Shown here piece after piece: positions 10,276 through 20,113 of a stretch of DNA of 64,000 bases (the first letter of the stretch is position 1; every line of letters begins with the position of its first letter). This DNA is from a virus. The DNA lies in IMG/VR virus record IMGVR_UViG_3300024262_003767; one strand, 5' to 3'. The notes beneath the pieces were generated by a model. It ran no database searches and was not told where the DNA came from. It saw only the letters and a program-made list of their open reading frames with translations. Position numbers and translations under genes: made by a program.

Positions 10276-10515
10276 ATGAAAACAATGAAAACTATGCTAA
10301 TAATTTTAGCAATCCTAATGTTAGGAACAACACTTGGAACATCAACACCAAAAGTAAATGAATCTATTTTTGATTTTCCTGAAGAAGAATATATTGATGA
10401 TATTCCTTTTGATACAGATAAGGTAATTAACCAGGACACTTTTAAAATGGAAGAAGAAGGTTATATTGATGATATTCCATTTAATACAGAAAAAGTTGTA
10501 GAAGAATTATCATAA
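10276..10515 (+). CDS. Secreted small protein with a tandem acidic repeat (start re-assigned to the internal ATG)
   Basis: Signal-peptide-like MKTMKTMLIILAILMLGTTLG; repeats EEEYIDDIPFDTDKV / EEGYIDDIPFNTEKV. Confidence 0.4.
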   Translation: MKTMKTMLIILAILMLGTTLGTSTPKVNESIFDFPEEEYIDDIPFDTDKVINQDTFKMEEEGYIDDIPFNTEKVVEELS

Positions 10516-11070
10516 TTCCTCTACAACTATATTTGTCTTATTGTGTTCGTGATCTGAATAAATATATTTACTTCCAAATAATGGCACTTCTTTCAAATTA
10601 TCTTTTACATACTTACCCCCCATTCCTTTCTTAACATAAGCAATTGTCATGTGTGCATGATAATCTGGATGATTATTTGTGTATTCAAATCTAAAGCACA
10701 TAGTCTTATTAAGTTCTCTTAACTTATCTGAGTGAATATCAAATTTAACAACATCATATTCATCTTGTTCAAATATTGTTATATCACCTCTCATAATATC
10801 ATCTATATCTTCCAATTTAGGTAAATATGTTTTGATATCTTTTGCTATACCATCATAGTGATGAAATCCATATAAAATTGTACAATGTGCCTCATCTTCA
10901 TATCCATAATCATTTGTATCATCATCATCTTGTGATGTGTAAATATCTTCTTCTGGTATCATTCTTCTAATAAATTCGATCCAATTACTAAAAGAAAAAT
11001 ATAACATCAGACAACCTAATTTTGGTTTATCATCTTCCATATAGTTATCAAATTTTAGTATTTCAGCCAT
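10510..11070 (-). CDS. 2H phosphoesterase superfamily protein (LigT/CPDase/Acb1-like); start re-assigned to MAEILKF
   Basis: Two H-x-T-x motifs (AHCTILYG and AHMTIAYV) about 65 aa apart. Confidence 0.65.
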   Translation of the reverse strand: MAEILKFDNYMEDDKPKLGCLMLYFSFSNWIEFIRRMIPEEDIYTSQDDDDTNDYGYEDEAHCTILYGFHHYDGIAKDIKTYLPKLEDIDDIMRGDITIFEQDEYDVVKFDIHSDKLRELNKTMCFRFEYTNNHPDYHAHMTIAYVKKGMGGKYVKDNLKEVPLFGSKYIYSDHEHNKTNIVVEEL

Positions 11071-11120
11071 AATTTTAATGCTTTTTCTTTTATATATAAA
11101 TAAAAATATTTTTTGTTTAA

Positions 11121-11684
11121 ATGACTGAAAATTTAATAATTGTTGATGTACAACCAACATATAACAAATTTATAGATTTTGATATTGGTGAATTTGTTAG
11201 TTGGATAAATAACTCATCTTTTGATGAGGTTTTTTGTTTATATAATGGTCCTGAATTAGGTTATGAAGATGATGAATGGAGAATATCAAATTGGTATTAT
11301 GATTGGGGATTAGATAGGGATATAAGTTTTAGATTTTTTGAAAAATCTTATGGTTGGTTTCGTGATTTTATGGAAGATATGGATGATGATAATATAATTT
11401 CTATTGGTAAATATATGATAGAACACGACATATGGGATTCGAGATATTTTAAAAAGAAAGATATAAAAATTTTAAAAGATAGAGGAATAAGTACAAGGTA
11501 TTTAGGTAAAGAAAGTAGAGTAATGTATATACCTGAATTAAAAGATTACTTATCAAATAATATATATACTAACGAAGAAATTATTATTTGTGGTGGTGGT
11601 GTCGATGAATGTTACAAAGAAGTTAATATGTTATTGGAAATGATGGGATATAAATTTAAAGAAAAAATAAAATTTGTCTATTAA
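11121..11684 (+). CDS. Isochorismatase-like hydrolase (weak)
   Basis: N-terminal IIVDVQPTY and C-terminal IIICGGGVDECYKEV...GYKF resemble isochorismatase-family motifs. Confidence 0.3.
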   Translation: MTENLIIVDVQPTYNKFIDFDIGEFVSWINNSSFDEVFCLYNGPELGYEDDEWRISNWYYDWGLDRDISFRFFEKSYGWFRDFMEDMDDDNIISIGKYMIEHDIWDSRYFKKKDIKILKDRGISTRYLGKESRVMYIPELKDYLSNNIYTNEEIIICGGGVDECYKEVNMLLEMMGYKFKEKIKFVY

Positions 11685-12703
11685 TGTATAGTAAAGAACC
11701 AATTATAAAGTTATTAACATCTATGATCAAATCTTATGTAGAATATGGAGATGAGATAGGTTATACAAAAAAAGAGATGGATGATATTATTGAAAAATAT
11801 GAGTTATTATATTTAGATTATGACTATAACGATGCAATCTTATTATATGACGAAAAATATGTAACAAAAAAAGAGTTTACAGATAAAATTCGTGAACTTT
11901 TTGATGATGCCCAAAATGGTCATTTAGATATTGATATCGTAGAATATATTGAGTTTTTAGAAAAAAATAGTTTAGTTAATATTTGTATAGATAAAATGGA
12001 ACGATCTGATATTAAAAAAGATGATGATGGTAATTGGTATTTTTATGCAAAAGGTGGTTGGGATTATTTTTGTGATTGGTTTAAGGTTGATAGTGATTAT
12101 AGAGACAATGTTGTTAAAATGATATTAAATGGTGAAGGTTATGAATTGTTTGATTATAATCCTAGCGATTATTCTGATTTTTCGTATATAAATATAAATG
12201 ATGATAATTTGAAATATTTGAAAACTATTGTTCAAAATATGAAAGATGATTTTGAACTTGATCAAGATGAAATAGATAATATAGGTGATATAGATGATGT
12301 TTATAGTATTGCTAAAAATAATGATTTAGATGATTTAGAGACTGCATTAACAATGGTAAATTGTAGAGCGCAGGGTTATGCTGATGAGGGTGAAGCATAT
12401 GACTACACAACTAATCTAATTCTAGAACATTTTAATCTTACTCTTGATGGATTAAAATGGGTAAAATTTAATAAAAATTCCGAATATGATGATACTTTAA
12501 AAATAAAATTTAAAGATGAAGAATCCGCAAAAAATGCTATAATTTTATTATATAAGATCGAAAATAGAACTTATGATGATGATGATTTTTTTATAGAATG
12601 GAGTTCACCCTACGGTGGTTGGATTGGAGACGCAGATAAATATATTGATGATGAAATACAAGAAAGAGTTCCAGATTATGTTGATGAAAAATATTTGCCT
12701 TAA
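11684..12703 (+). CDS. Acidic hypothetical protein (D/E/Y-rich)
   Basis: ORF with 4-nt start/stop overlap with the upstream gene; no recognisable domain. Confidence 0.3.
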   Translation: MYSKEPIIKLLTSMIKSYVEYGDEIGYTKKEMDDIIEKYELLYLDYDYNDAILLYDEKYVTKKEFTDKIRELFDDAQNGHLDIDIVEYIEFLEKNSLVNICIDKMERSDIKKDDDGNWYFYAKGGWDYFCDWFKVDSDYRDNVVKMILNGEGYELFDYNPSDYSDFSYININDDNLKYLKTIVQNMKDDFELDQDEIDNIGDIDDVYSIAKNNDLDDLETALTMVNCRAQGYADEGEAYDYTTNLILEHFNLTLDGLKWVKFNKNSEYDDTLKIKFKDEESAKNAIILLYKIENRTYDDDDFFIEWSSPYGGWIGDADKYIDDEIQERVPDYVDEKYLP

Positions 12704-13767
12704 AAAATTAATATATACAGTACAATGAAAAGATTGAAAAAGTTAAACGAATTATTTTTTGATAGAAGTGAATTAGATGATGGTAATGTTAGATTTTACC
12801 TATTAAATCCCGATACAAATAAAGGTTTTGCGTTTGATGTAGAACGTGAAGATATGAATACTTTAGAAGATATCCTGAAACGCAACAATGTAGTATATGA
12901 AATTGATGATGGTGGAAATGATTTACCGTTTTAAAAAATGAAATAAAAAATTAAATATATACATTTGGAAAATAAAATACAACACATGTTTAAAAATACC
13001 TCTGAAAGATTTAAAGATATGAATTTCGGGCAAAAAATAATTATCGGCATTTTAACAACCGTTGGTGCCGCAATAATTATAGGGTTATTTATTATGGCAA
13101 CAAAAGTATATTCTTTTGAAGTTGATATAACAGACATTAAAGGTGATATGAAAGAAAAAGCGGCAATAGAGTATGTTGACAAATCTATCGAAAATATAGA
13201 TATTAGTGTTGGTACAAATGGCGAAAAAATAAAAGCTATCAAAGAAGAAGATATCAAAGACATAAAGGAAGGTATCAAAGATTTAAATAATAAAATAGAT
13301 GAAAACCAAAAATTCATCCTTGAGTATATCAAAAACAAATAAAAATTTCCATAAATTATACATTTTTTAAACTTCACAATATTTTTTAATATATAATCAT
13401 CAAATTAAAAAATAATTTGTGATATGAAAAGAAAATATAGTGATTATTTGGACGCATCAGGAAATTGGCAATTATTAGTAAATGGTGACGAAGATAGTTG
13501 GTGGGATTATAAAGGTGATTGTATTGAAAGAATTTTAGAATTATTAAGTTCAGAAAGTGGTTTACAGGAATTTGATTATGAAGGTGACATTCTAGATTTA
13601 GAAGATCTTAAATATGAATTGGAAAGTCTTTCTGAAGAAGATTTTTATACTGTATTAGAAGAAATAAAAAGAGAGTGTGATTTTTCAGGTGATATTAAAA
13701 TGTTTAATATATCAGATGAAGATGAAATAGATTTCTTAAAAGAAGAAAAAGAGTATTACGATTTCGA

Positions 13768-14487
13768 TTAATCTTTATCCAACATAAATAAAGCCAAATC
13801 ATATTTTATTGGATCTTGGCTATCCATCTTTTTCAAATTATTAGTTAGTTCAATAACTGATTTCCAATCGTTTTGATTTCTGGTAAGTAATCCAAATTCT
13901 CTTGACATGTTTCCAACATGAACATCAAGAGGTATGTATAAATTGGACTTATCTATATTTTTCCATAATCCAAAATCTACATTATCATCTCTAACCATCC
14001 ATCTTAAAAACATATTTAATCTTTTTGCCGCTGAATTGTTTTCTACGTTGGAAAGGTGTTTTTCACTTCGTTGTTCATGTTCAAGAGAGAAAAAAATTTT
14101 CCAAAATCTAATTAAACTATTTTTTATATCATTCGTGAAAAATGTTTCCAATCCACTATAATTCAAATAAATATATCTTAGAGATTTCATATAATATATC
14201 ATATCAATATCCTTAATTGTTCTATGTTTAAATCCTTTAAGATTATTAAAATCTCCATATAAAATATAATTGTGAGGTTCATTATTCATTAATTCCATTA
14301 ATGAGTTTGACTTATTTATGATAATATCTCTCCTACCAAATGATATTATAGAAGTTAAAAATGCTGAGATTTCTATATCATAGAAACATTCAAATCTATG
14401 TGGAATTGATATTGGGTCATTTTCTATGAATAATTTATTATTATTAATTTTATAACTTTCTTCAAGTTGCTCTTTTATGTCTTTCAT
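13768..14487 (-). CDS. DUF2400/TIGR02757-like hypothetical protein
   Basis: NDPISIPHRFECFYDIEISAFLTSIISFGRRDII block reminiscent of that family. Confidence 0.3.
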   Translation of the reverse strand: MKDIKEQLEESYKINNNKLFIENDPISIPHRFECFYDIEISAFLTSIISFGRRDIIINKSNSLMELMNNEPHNYILYGDFNNLKGFKHRTIKDIDMIYYMKSLRYIYLNYSGLETFFTNDIKNSLIRFWKIFFSLEHEQRSEKHLSNVENNSAAKRLNMFLRWMVRDDNVDFGLWKNIDKSNLYIPLDVHVGNMSREFGLLTRNQNDWKSVIELTNNLKKMDSQDPIKYDLALFMLDKD

Positions 14488-14500
14488 TCTGTATTTCCAT

Positions 14501-15514
14501 TTATAAATTTTTTAAATTATATTTTAAATACCAATCTATAAATTTCTTTATTCCAATTTTGTATGATGTTGAAGGTTTAAAATCTATTGCTTCTTCCAGT
14601 AATGTGGTGTCTGCACCAGCATATCGAATATTTGTTATGTTGTTTCCAACAAAATCTTTTTCTGACTCTTTATTTAAATTTTTTTCAATCTCTTTAATAA
14701 AATCCATAATATTAATTGGTTCAGAATTACCAATATTATAAATTTTACATAAACCTATACTATTATCCTTCATTAATAAATAAATGCTTTTTACAACATC
14801 ATCAATATAAGTAAAATCTCTATAAATTTTACCATCATTATAAATTGTTATTGGTTTATTATTTATTATTTTTTTAGTAAAAATATAAGCGGCACTATCT
14901 GGTCTACCCCAAGGACCATAAACACTAAATAATCTCATACCTATTGTTTTAATGTTATGTATATGGCTATATGTGTGAGCCATTAATTCGTTAGATTTTT
15001 TAGTTGATGCACACATAGATATTGGTAAATTGGTGTTGTCTGTTTCTTTTAATAATATTTTACTTCTATCTGCTGTTAATCCATATACTGAAGATGCGCT
15101 TGCATACATTATTTTATCTACACCATAATCTTTTGATATTTCTAAAACACTATTAAACCCATGAATATTAATATTAATAAATTTGCTTGGATATACTTCA
15201 CTTAATTTTATTCCCGTAAGAGCAGCAAGATGTATAACAATTTTTACATGAAATTCTGAAAATATTTCTCTTAACCTTTTTGTATCGTTAATTTCTACAT
15301 ACGAAAAATCAAAATTTGAATATTTTTTACTTGTTACTGCTCTACCAATTTCTATTGTATCTATTCCTAATTCTTTAAGTCTATCTAATTTAATAGTATT
15401 ACTATAACCTATTTCTTCAAGAAAATCAACGCCAATAACATCTTCACCTTGTTCAATTAAATATTTTGCCAAATTAAACCCTACAAATCCAGCAACACCA
15501 GTAATTAGTATCAT
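14501..15514 (-). CDS. NAD-dependent nucleotide-sugar epimerase/dehydratase (UDP-glucuronate 4-epimerase-like); start re-assigned to MILITG
   Basis: ILITGVAGFVGFNLAKYL Rossmann motif; YSASKKSNELMAHTYSH (YxxxK); the first 28 aa of the track ORF is an AT-rich leader. Confidence 0.8.
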   Translation of the reverse strand: MILITGVAGFVGFNLAKYLIEQGEDVIGVDFLEEIGYSNTIKLDRLKELGIDTIEIGRAVTSKKYSNFDFSYVEINDTKRLREIFSEFHVKIVIHLAALTGIKLSEVYPSKFININIHGFNSVLEISKDYGVDKIMYASASSVYGLTADRSKILLKETDNTNLPISMCASTKKSNELMAHTYSHIHNIKTIGMRLFSVYGPWGRPDSAAYIFTKKIINNKPITIYNDGKIYRDFTYIDDVVKSIYLLMKDNSIGLCKIYNIGNSEPINIMDFIKEIEKNLNKESEKDFVGNNITNIRYAGADTTLLEEAIDFKPSTSYKIGIKKFIDWYLKYNLKNL

Positions 15515-15604
15515 AATTTTTTGATGTTTTATTTTTATATATTGATTTTTTATAAATAAAAAATAATTTTTAATATATAGATAGAGAAAAAATAACAATT
15601 TCTA

Positions 15605-16657
15605 ATGAAACATATTACACCTTTTAAAATTTTTGAAAATATCTCATATGATAAATTAGTTCCAATAGCAACAAATGAAATTAATTGGGGTTGGGAAGAC
15701 GATTCTGTTCATATTAAAGCGACAGTATTTTTCGATCCAACTGGTTCAGGCGAATTATTTTTAAGTATAAGAAGAGTACACACAAAACATGGACTTGGTG
15801 CTGGCAAATTTCCAAGTGATGTAATATCTTACGAACCAATAGGAACAATTGATAAACCAGATTTAAGAAAAGTACAACAATTATTGAGTAAACATAAATA
15901 TGGAACTTCATCTCGTGCGGGTGGAGGTGGTTTCAAAAGACAGTGGACTGACAATAAAGGTGATAATGTAGCTCTTGGTAAAATTATAACTAATTCTAGA
16001 TATCTTAAAATGTCCAATTTAAAAAACAAATTAGCAAAAAAACATACACCAAAAACTGAGATAATTGAAGATATAAAGATTATGAAATATGGTAGAGGTT
16101 ATGTTGTTTATGGACAAGGTACAAAGGCTATTAAGGATAAATTAAAACAAATTGGTGCTAGATTTAATTTTAGATTAACACATCCTGTAACAAAAGAAAA
16201 ATTTGTAGGTTGGGTTATTTCACCAAGCAAATTAAATGATGTTAAACAACTAGCTGGGGTTAAAATTATAACAGAATCTTATGTTTCCCAAAATTTAAAA
16301 AATGATATAAAAGAAAATTTTGATGATGGCGAATTGGTTAGATTTTTTCCAAAAATATATGAAGAATTTTTTGATATTATAACTGAAGATGATGAATTGG
16401 ATTATTCTGATTCTGATGAAGATGATATAGAATTTGATTTTGCTGAAGCCGTCAAAATGTACATTATGGATAATTTTGATGAAACATTAGAAATTAATTT
16501 CTTAGAATCATATTTAAATGAAAAGGAATTTAGTTCACCTTCAAAAGATTATAGAGATCTAAGTGAAAATGCTAAAATTATTTATGATAATTTAGAACAA
16601 AGATTAGAAATAGTTTTTTGGACTGCGTTAGAAAATCAATTAATAAGTAGTTTATGA
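15605..16657 (+). CDS. Hypothetical protein; first of three translationally coupled ORFs
   Basis: ATGA overlaps at 16654 and 16983. Confidence 0.3.
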   Translation: MKHITPFKIFENISYDKLVPIATNEINWGWEDDSVHIKATVFFDPTGSGELFLSIRRVHTKHGLGAGKFPSDVISYEPIGTIDKPDLRKVQQLLSKHKYGTSSRAGGGGFKRQWTDNKGDNVALGKIITNSRYLKMSNLKNKLAKKHTPKTEIIEDIKIMKYGRGYVVYGQGTKAIKDKLKQIGARFNFRLTHPVTKEKFVGWVISPSKLNDVKQLAGVKIITESYVSQNLKNDIKENFDDGELVRFFPKIYEEFFDIITEDDELDYSDSDEDDIEFDFAEAVKMYIMDNFDETLEINFLESYLNEKEFSSPSKDYRDLSENAKIIYDNLEQRLEIVFWTALENQLISSL

Positions 16658-16986
16658 AATATTTAAAAGTTTACGAAGAACACACCAAAAAGTATATGCC
16701 TATCTGTATATGGATTGGAGAAGGTGAGGATAGTTGGGATAGTTATTTTTCTGATGATATTGAATTTGATTTTGATGAGGCTCAAACTCGGTTATCAACT
16801 ATGAGAAGCGATTGGGAAAAGAATCAACCTGATGTGTATGATCATTATAAATTATCATTTATGGTTATACCATATTACAAATATGTTGCTATTCAAGATA
16901 TCGAAAAAGGTAGTGAGATAATGGAGTTATTAAATGATAATGAAAGATTAAATTTATTGATACAGTCAAAAAAATATAATTTATGA
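16654..16986 (+). CDS. Hypothetical protein
   Basis: Coupled ORF. Confidence 0.3.
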   Translation: MKYLKVYEEHTKKYMPICIWIGEGEDSWDSYFSDDIEFDFDEAQTRLSTMRSDWEKNQPDVYDHYKLSFMVIPYYKYVAIQDIEKGSEIMELLNDNERLNLLIQSKKYNL

Positions 16987-17408
16987 AAAAATTTGAAGAA
17001 TTTAAAATTAATGAATCTTCAACACTCAAATACTCTGTTGTTGGAAGATTTATGACTAATAATGTTAAAAAATGGTTTTTTTCTGAGAATGACAATTTTG
17101 CTGAACTTAATTATTGGAACAAGAATCCAGATTATGCTTTTGAATTTAAACTCAAAAATTTCGATAAAGATATAATATCAAGGGTTGAAAAAATGAGAGA
17201 TTTTTTTAACTTAAAAAGAGATTGGAAAATAGTAGCAATAACATCAAGTAGAGTAGGGTTTTATTTTCATATAAAATCTGATGATATGCCTATAATCTTA
17301 GAAAGATTAAAAGAAATAGATCCTGAAAATATTAAAACAATTGATAGTCTTTTAAAAGGTTTAGAACAACGAAAAATATTAAATACTGCTAATAAATATA
17401 ATTTATAA
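16983..17408 (+). CDS. Hypothetical protein
   Basis: Coupled ORF. Confidence 0.3.
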   Translation: MKKFEEFKINESSTLKYSVVGRFMTNNVKKWFFSENDNFAELNYWNKNPDYAFEFKLKNFDKDIISRVEKMRDFFNLKRDWKIVAITSSRVGFYFHIKSDDMPIILERLKEIDPENIKTIDSLLKGLEQRKILNTANKYNL

Positions 17409-17500
17409 TTATAAACTTTTTGACTAAATTTTTTTATATATAGACAAGTTTTAAAAGAATTAATTGGAGGTAATTTACTTACCTTTAAAAAAAAATTTTT

Positions 17501-18367
17501 ATGACGAAAGTAGATTACAAAACGAATTATATTGAACCTCAAGATTTTAACCTCTTAATTTCAAAATTAAGAGGATTTTTTATGGAAAATGGTTTCCTTG
17601 AGACATTTCCACAACCTAAATTAACAATACTTGCAGCGTGTGAAGACCCAAAAACTGTTAGAAGTTTTGAATTTGGTGGTGAAAAATTTCCACTACCCCA
17701 AACAAATCAGATGAACTTGGAAGAAGAACTTATGGTAGACTCAACAATAGATGGACTTTTTTGCTTAACAGCATCATATAGAGATGAACCAAACCCTATT
17801 GAAGGTCGCCACATGAAATCATTTCCAATGTTTGAAGCAGAACATAAAGGGGATTTTTCAAATCTAATACAAACAATAAGTGAGTGTTGTGTGTATTTAG
17901 GTTTAGTCGAAAAGGTTGCCGATATCCCAATATTCACATATGATGAACTTTGTGAACATTATAAAGTTGAAGATTTAACTTCTACTGAAGAAACATTGAT
18001 GTGTAAAGAATATGGTGATGTTGTCGCTATTACTATGTTTCCTGATAGGACAGATCCATTTTTCAACATGCGTGTTGATGGTTGTAACTTAAAAGGTGAA
18101 AAATTGTCCAACAAAGTAGATTTTATTGTTTGTGGACAGGAAACATTTGGTTGTGCTGAAAGAGAGATAGACATAAACTTAATGAGGAATAACTTCCACA
18201 CAATTAGTAATGGCGGGTATTCTGGACTATTATTTGAAAAATTTGGTAAGGAAAGAGTTGAAAAGGAATTGGAAGACTTTTTGAAATTGCCAATGATTGA
18301 AAGGTGGGGATTTGGTTGTGGTTTGACTAGATTATCAAGAGCAATGAAAAAGAAAGGATTAATTTAA
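17501..18367 (+). CDS. Class II aminoacyl-tRNA synthetase catalytic-core paralogue (EpmA/PoxA- or AsnA-like), no anticodon-binding domain
   Basis: Aligns block by block with E. coli EpmA: LLISKLRGFFMENGFLETFPQPKLT (motif 1 region), YRDEPNPIEGRHMKSFPMFEAE (motif 2, fRxE...H.pEFTMLE), RWGFGCGLTRLSRAM (motif 3, G.G.G.DR). Confidence 0.65.
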   Translation: MTKVDYKTNYIEPQDFNLLISKLRGFFMENGFLETFPQPKLTILAACEDPKTVRSFEFGGEKFPLPQTNQMNLEEELMVDSTIDGLFCLTASYRDEPNPIEGRHMKSFPMFEAEHKGDFSNLIQTISECCVYLGLVEKVADIPIFTYDELCEHYKVEDLTSTEETLMCKEYGDVVAITMFPDRTDPFFNMRVDGCNLKGEKLSNKVDFIVCGQETFGCAEREIDINLMRNNFHTISNGGYSGLLFEKFGKERVEKELEDFLKLPMIERWGFGCGLTRLSRAMKKKGLI

Positions 18368-19362
18368 TTAATCCTTTCTTTTTTTAGTAAAATATAATTT
18401 TTACTGATGGAATTATTTATTATTCCTTCATAACTTATTCTATTTGAACCTATCAAATTTAATTTGATATTAAGTTCATTAAAATATTTTCTCATTTCAT
18501 TTCTACCTTGAAATTCTTCAATTTTATCATCTGGACATTTTATTGTATATAACATCAATTTTCTATGTGACATTTGTGATGATTTATTTGTTCTTTTATT
18601 TACACTCCAACTCATATTTCGATAATCATTAGATTTATTATATAGATTATATCCTTTAGATCCATTTTTATATAATATTGCTGCTGGGCTTATTTTGTGT
18701 TTACCTGTTAATTTTTTTTCTTCATTCAATTCTCTAAAATACCCATGTACATTTTTTGAACCACTCATTTTTATTATATCTCCTTGTGGTGTCTTTATTT
18801 CATAAATTACTGATAGTGTTTTTTTTATTTTGTCAATAGTAATGCTAGTTTTATTTTTTTTGTAATTGGCGTTTTTGTGTGTCTCATAATACCTTTTTAA
18901 AGAGTCTCCAATTTTTTTCAATTTAGTTGCACTTCGTTTACTTTCTTGAAATTTTTTTGATATTTTTAACGATGCTGATATATTCTTTTTATGTTTATCT
19001 GTAAAAATTACACCACTTTCACCTTCACCACCATCACTTAAATTTATTAATGATCCTAATTTTAAATCTTTCCTTCCTATCTTTTTTATTGTAAGTTTTT
19101 CTAAATTAAATGATATATTTTCCTTTAAATTTTCATACAATTTAATAATTATTGGTTCTACCCCACTCTCTCTAATTTTTTTAATTTTATAGTACCGTAT
19201 TTTACTTTTTTTTATAACACTTTCATATAAGTGTACTTTAAATCTATCACCCTTACCTTTACCGACATAAAATGGTTCATGATCAAAAATTAAATCATCA
19301 AAAATATATTTACCAGGTTTTCTTGGATCTAAATAAACATAAACATAAAATTCATCACACAT
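18364..19362 (-). CDS. GIY-YIG homing endonuclease
   Basis: N-terminal YVYVYLDPRKPG...FYVGKGKGDR (GIY...YIG) with catalytic R and later E/N. Confidence 0.8.
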   Translation of the reverse strand: MCDEFYVYVYLDPRKPGKYIFDDLIFDHEPFYVGKGKGDRFKVHLYESVIKKSKIRYYKIKKIRESGVEPIIIKLYENLKENISFNLEKLTIKKIGRKDLKLGSLINLSDGGEGESGVIFTDKHKKNISASLKISKKFQESKRSATKLKKIGDSLKRYYETHKNANYKKNKTSITIDKIKKTLSVIYEIKTPQGDIIKMSGSKNVHGYFRELNEEKKLTGKHKISPAAILYKNGSKGYNLYNKSNDYRNMSWSVNKRTNKSSQMSHRKLMLYTIKCPDDKIEEFQGRNEMRKYFNELNIKLNLIGSNRISYEGIINNSISKNYILLKKERIN

Positions 19363-19464
19363 TTCTTTTCTTTTTATTCTATATATAAAATAAAAAATGT
19401 CATATTTTTACACTTTTTTGTAAAAGTAGAACTTTATGAATTTATATATAAATATAAAAAGAAT

Positions 19465-19614
19465 ATGAAAAAAAAGAAAATAAAAGTATATTTTACTATG
19501 GACGAAGAATTATATATAGAATTTGAGAAACATATTGATAGAAATTTGGTAAATAAATCTAAACTTATTGAAAAATTAATAAAAGAATATATGAAAATTA
19601 AAAAATTAATATAA
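19465..19614 (+). CDS. Ribbon-helix-helix (CopG/Arc-like) small DNA-binding protein, 49 aa, not in the ORF track
   Basis: Manual ORF MKKKKIKVYFTMDEELYIEFEKHIDRNLVNKSKLIEKLIKEYMKIKKLI: a beta-strand followed by two helices, the RHH pattern. Confidence 0.45.
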   Translation: MKKKKIKVYFTMDEELYIEFEKHIDRNLVNKSKLIEKLIKEYMKIKKLI

Positions 19615-19619
19615 TAAAA

Positions 19620-19808
19620 ATGGAAAACAAAAAACGAATTTTTTGTCACACTTGCGAAAAAGAGTATGTTATTACTTCAAAAGAAAATAGTGAAAAATTA
19701 AAAAAAGATTATAAATGTGATTATTGTGACAATGAATTTATTCATGTTGAAAATGATAGAGGTCATAGCATATCTTTTAGATTCCAAAATTTAGATATGA
19801 TATATTAA
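19620..19808 (+). CDS. Small Zn-ribbon protein
   Basis: CHTCEKE...CDYCDNE two CxxC pairs. Confidence 0.35.
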   Translation: MENKKRIFCHTCEKEYVITSKENSEKLKKDYKCDYCDNEFIHVENDRGHSISFRFQNLDMIY

Positions 19809-20113
19809 GGATTTTTCAAATGTTTATTACAATTGTTATACATACATACACCCAAAATAATTGTAGACAATGCAACCAAACCTATAATTATTTTGTGGTA
19901 TAACATTGTGTCTACACCAGCGCAACAGCTAAAAAAACTAAATGTTATTATAAGTAGATAAGTTACAAATCCTATAGATGAACCTAATAGTGCAAAATTT
20001 ATTAAAAATGTTTTCATACACTATATATACTTATAATAACATTAAGTTGCTATTTTTGTGTGTGATAGATAATTCTATTTAATGTGATAAAAATCACATT
20101 TTTATTTTAGTTT

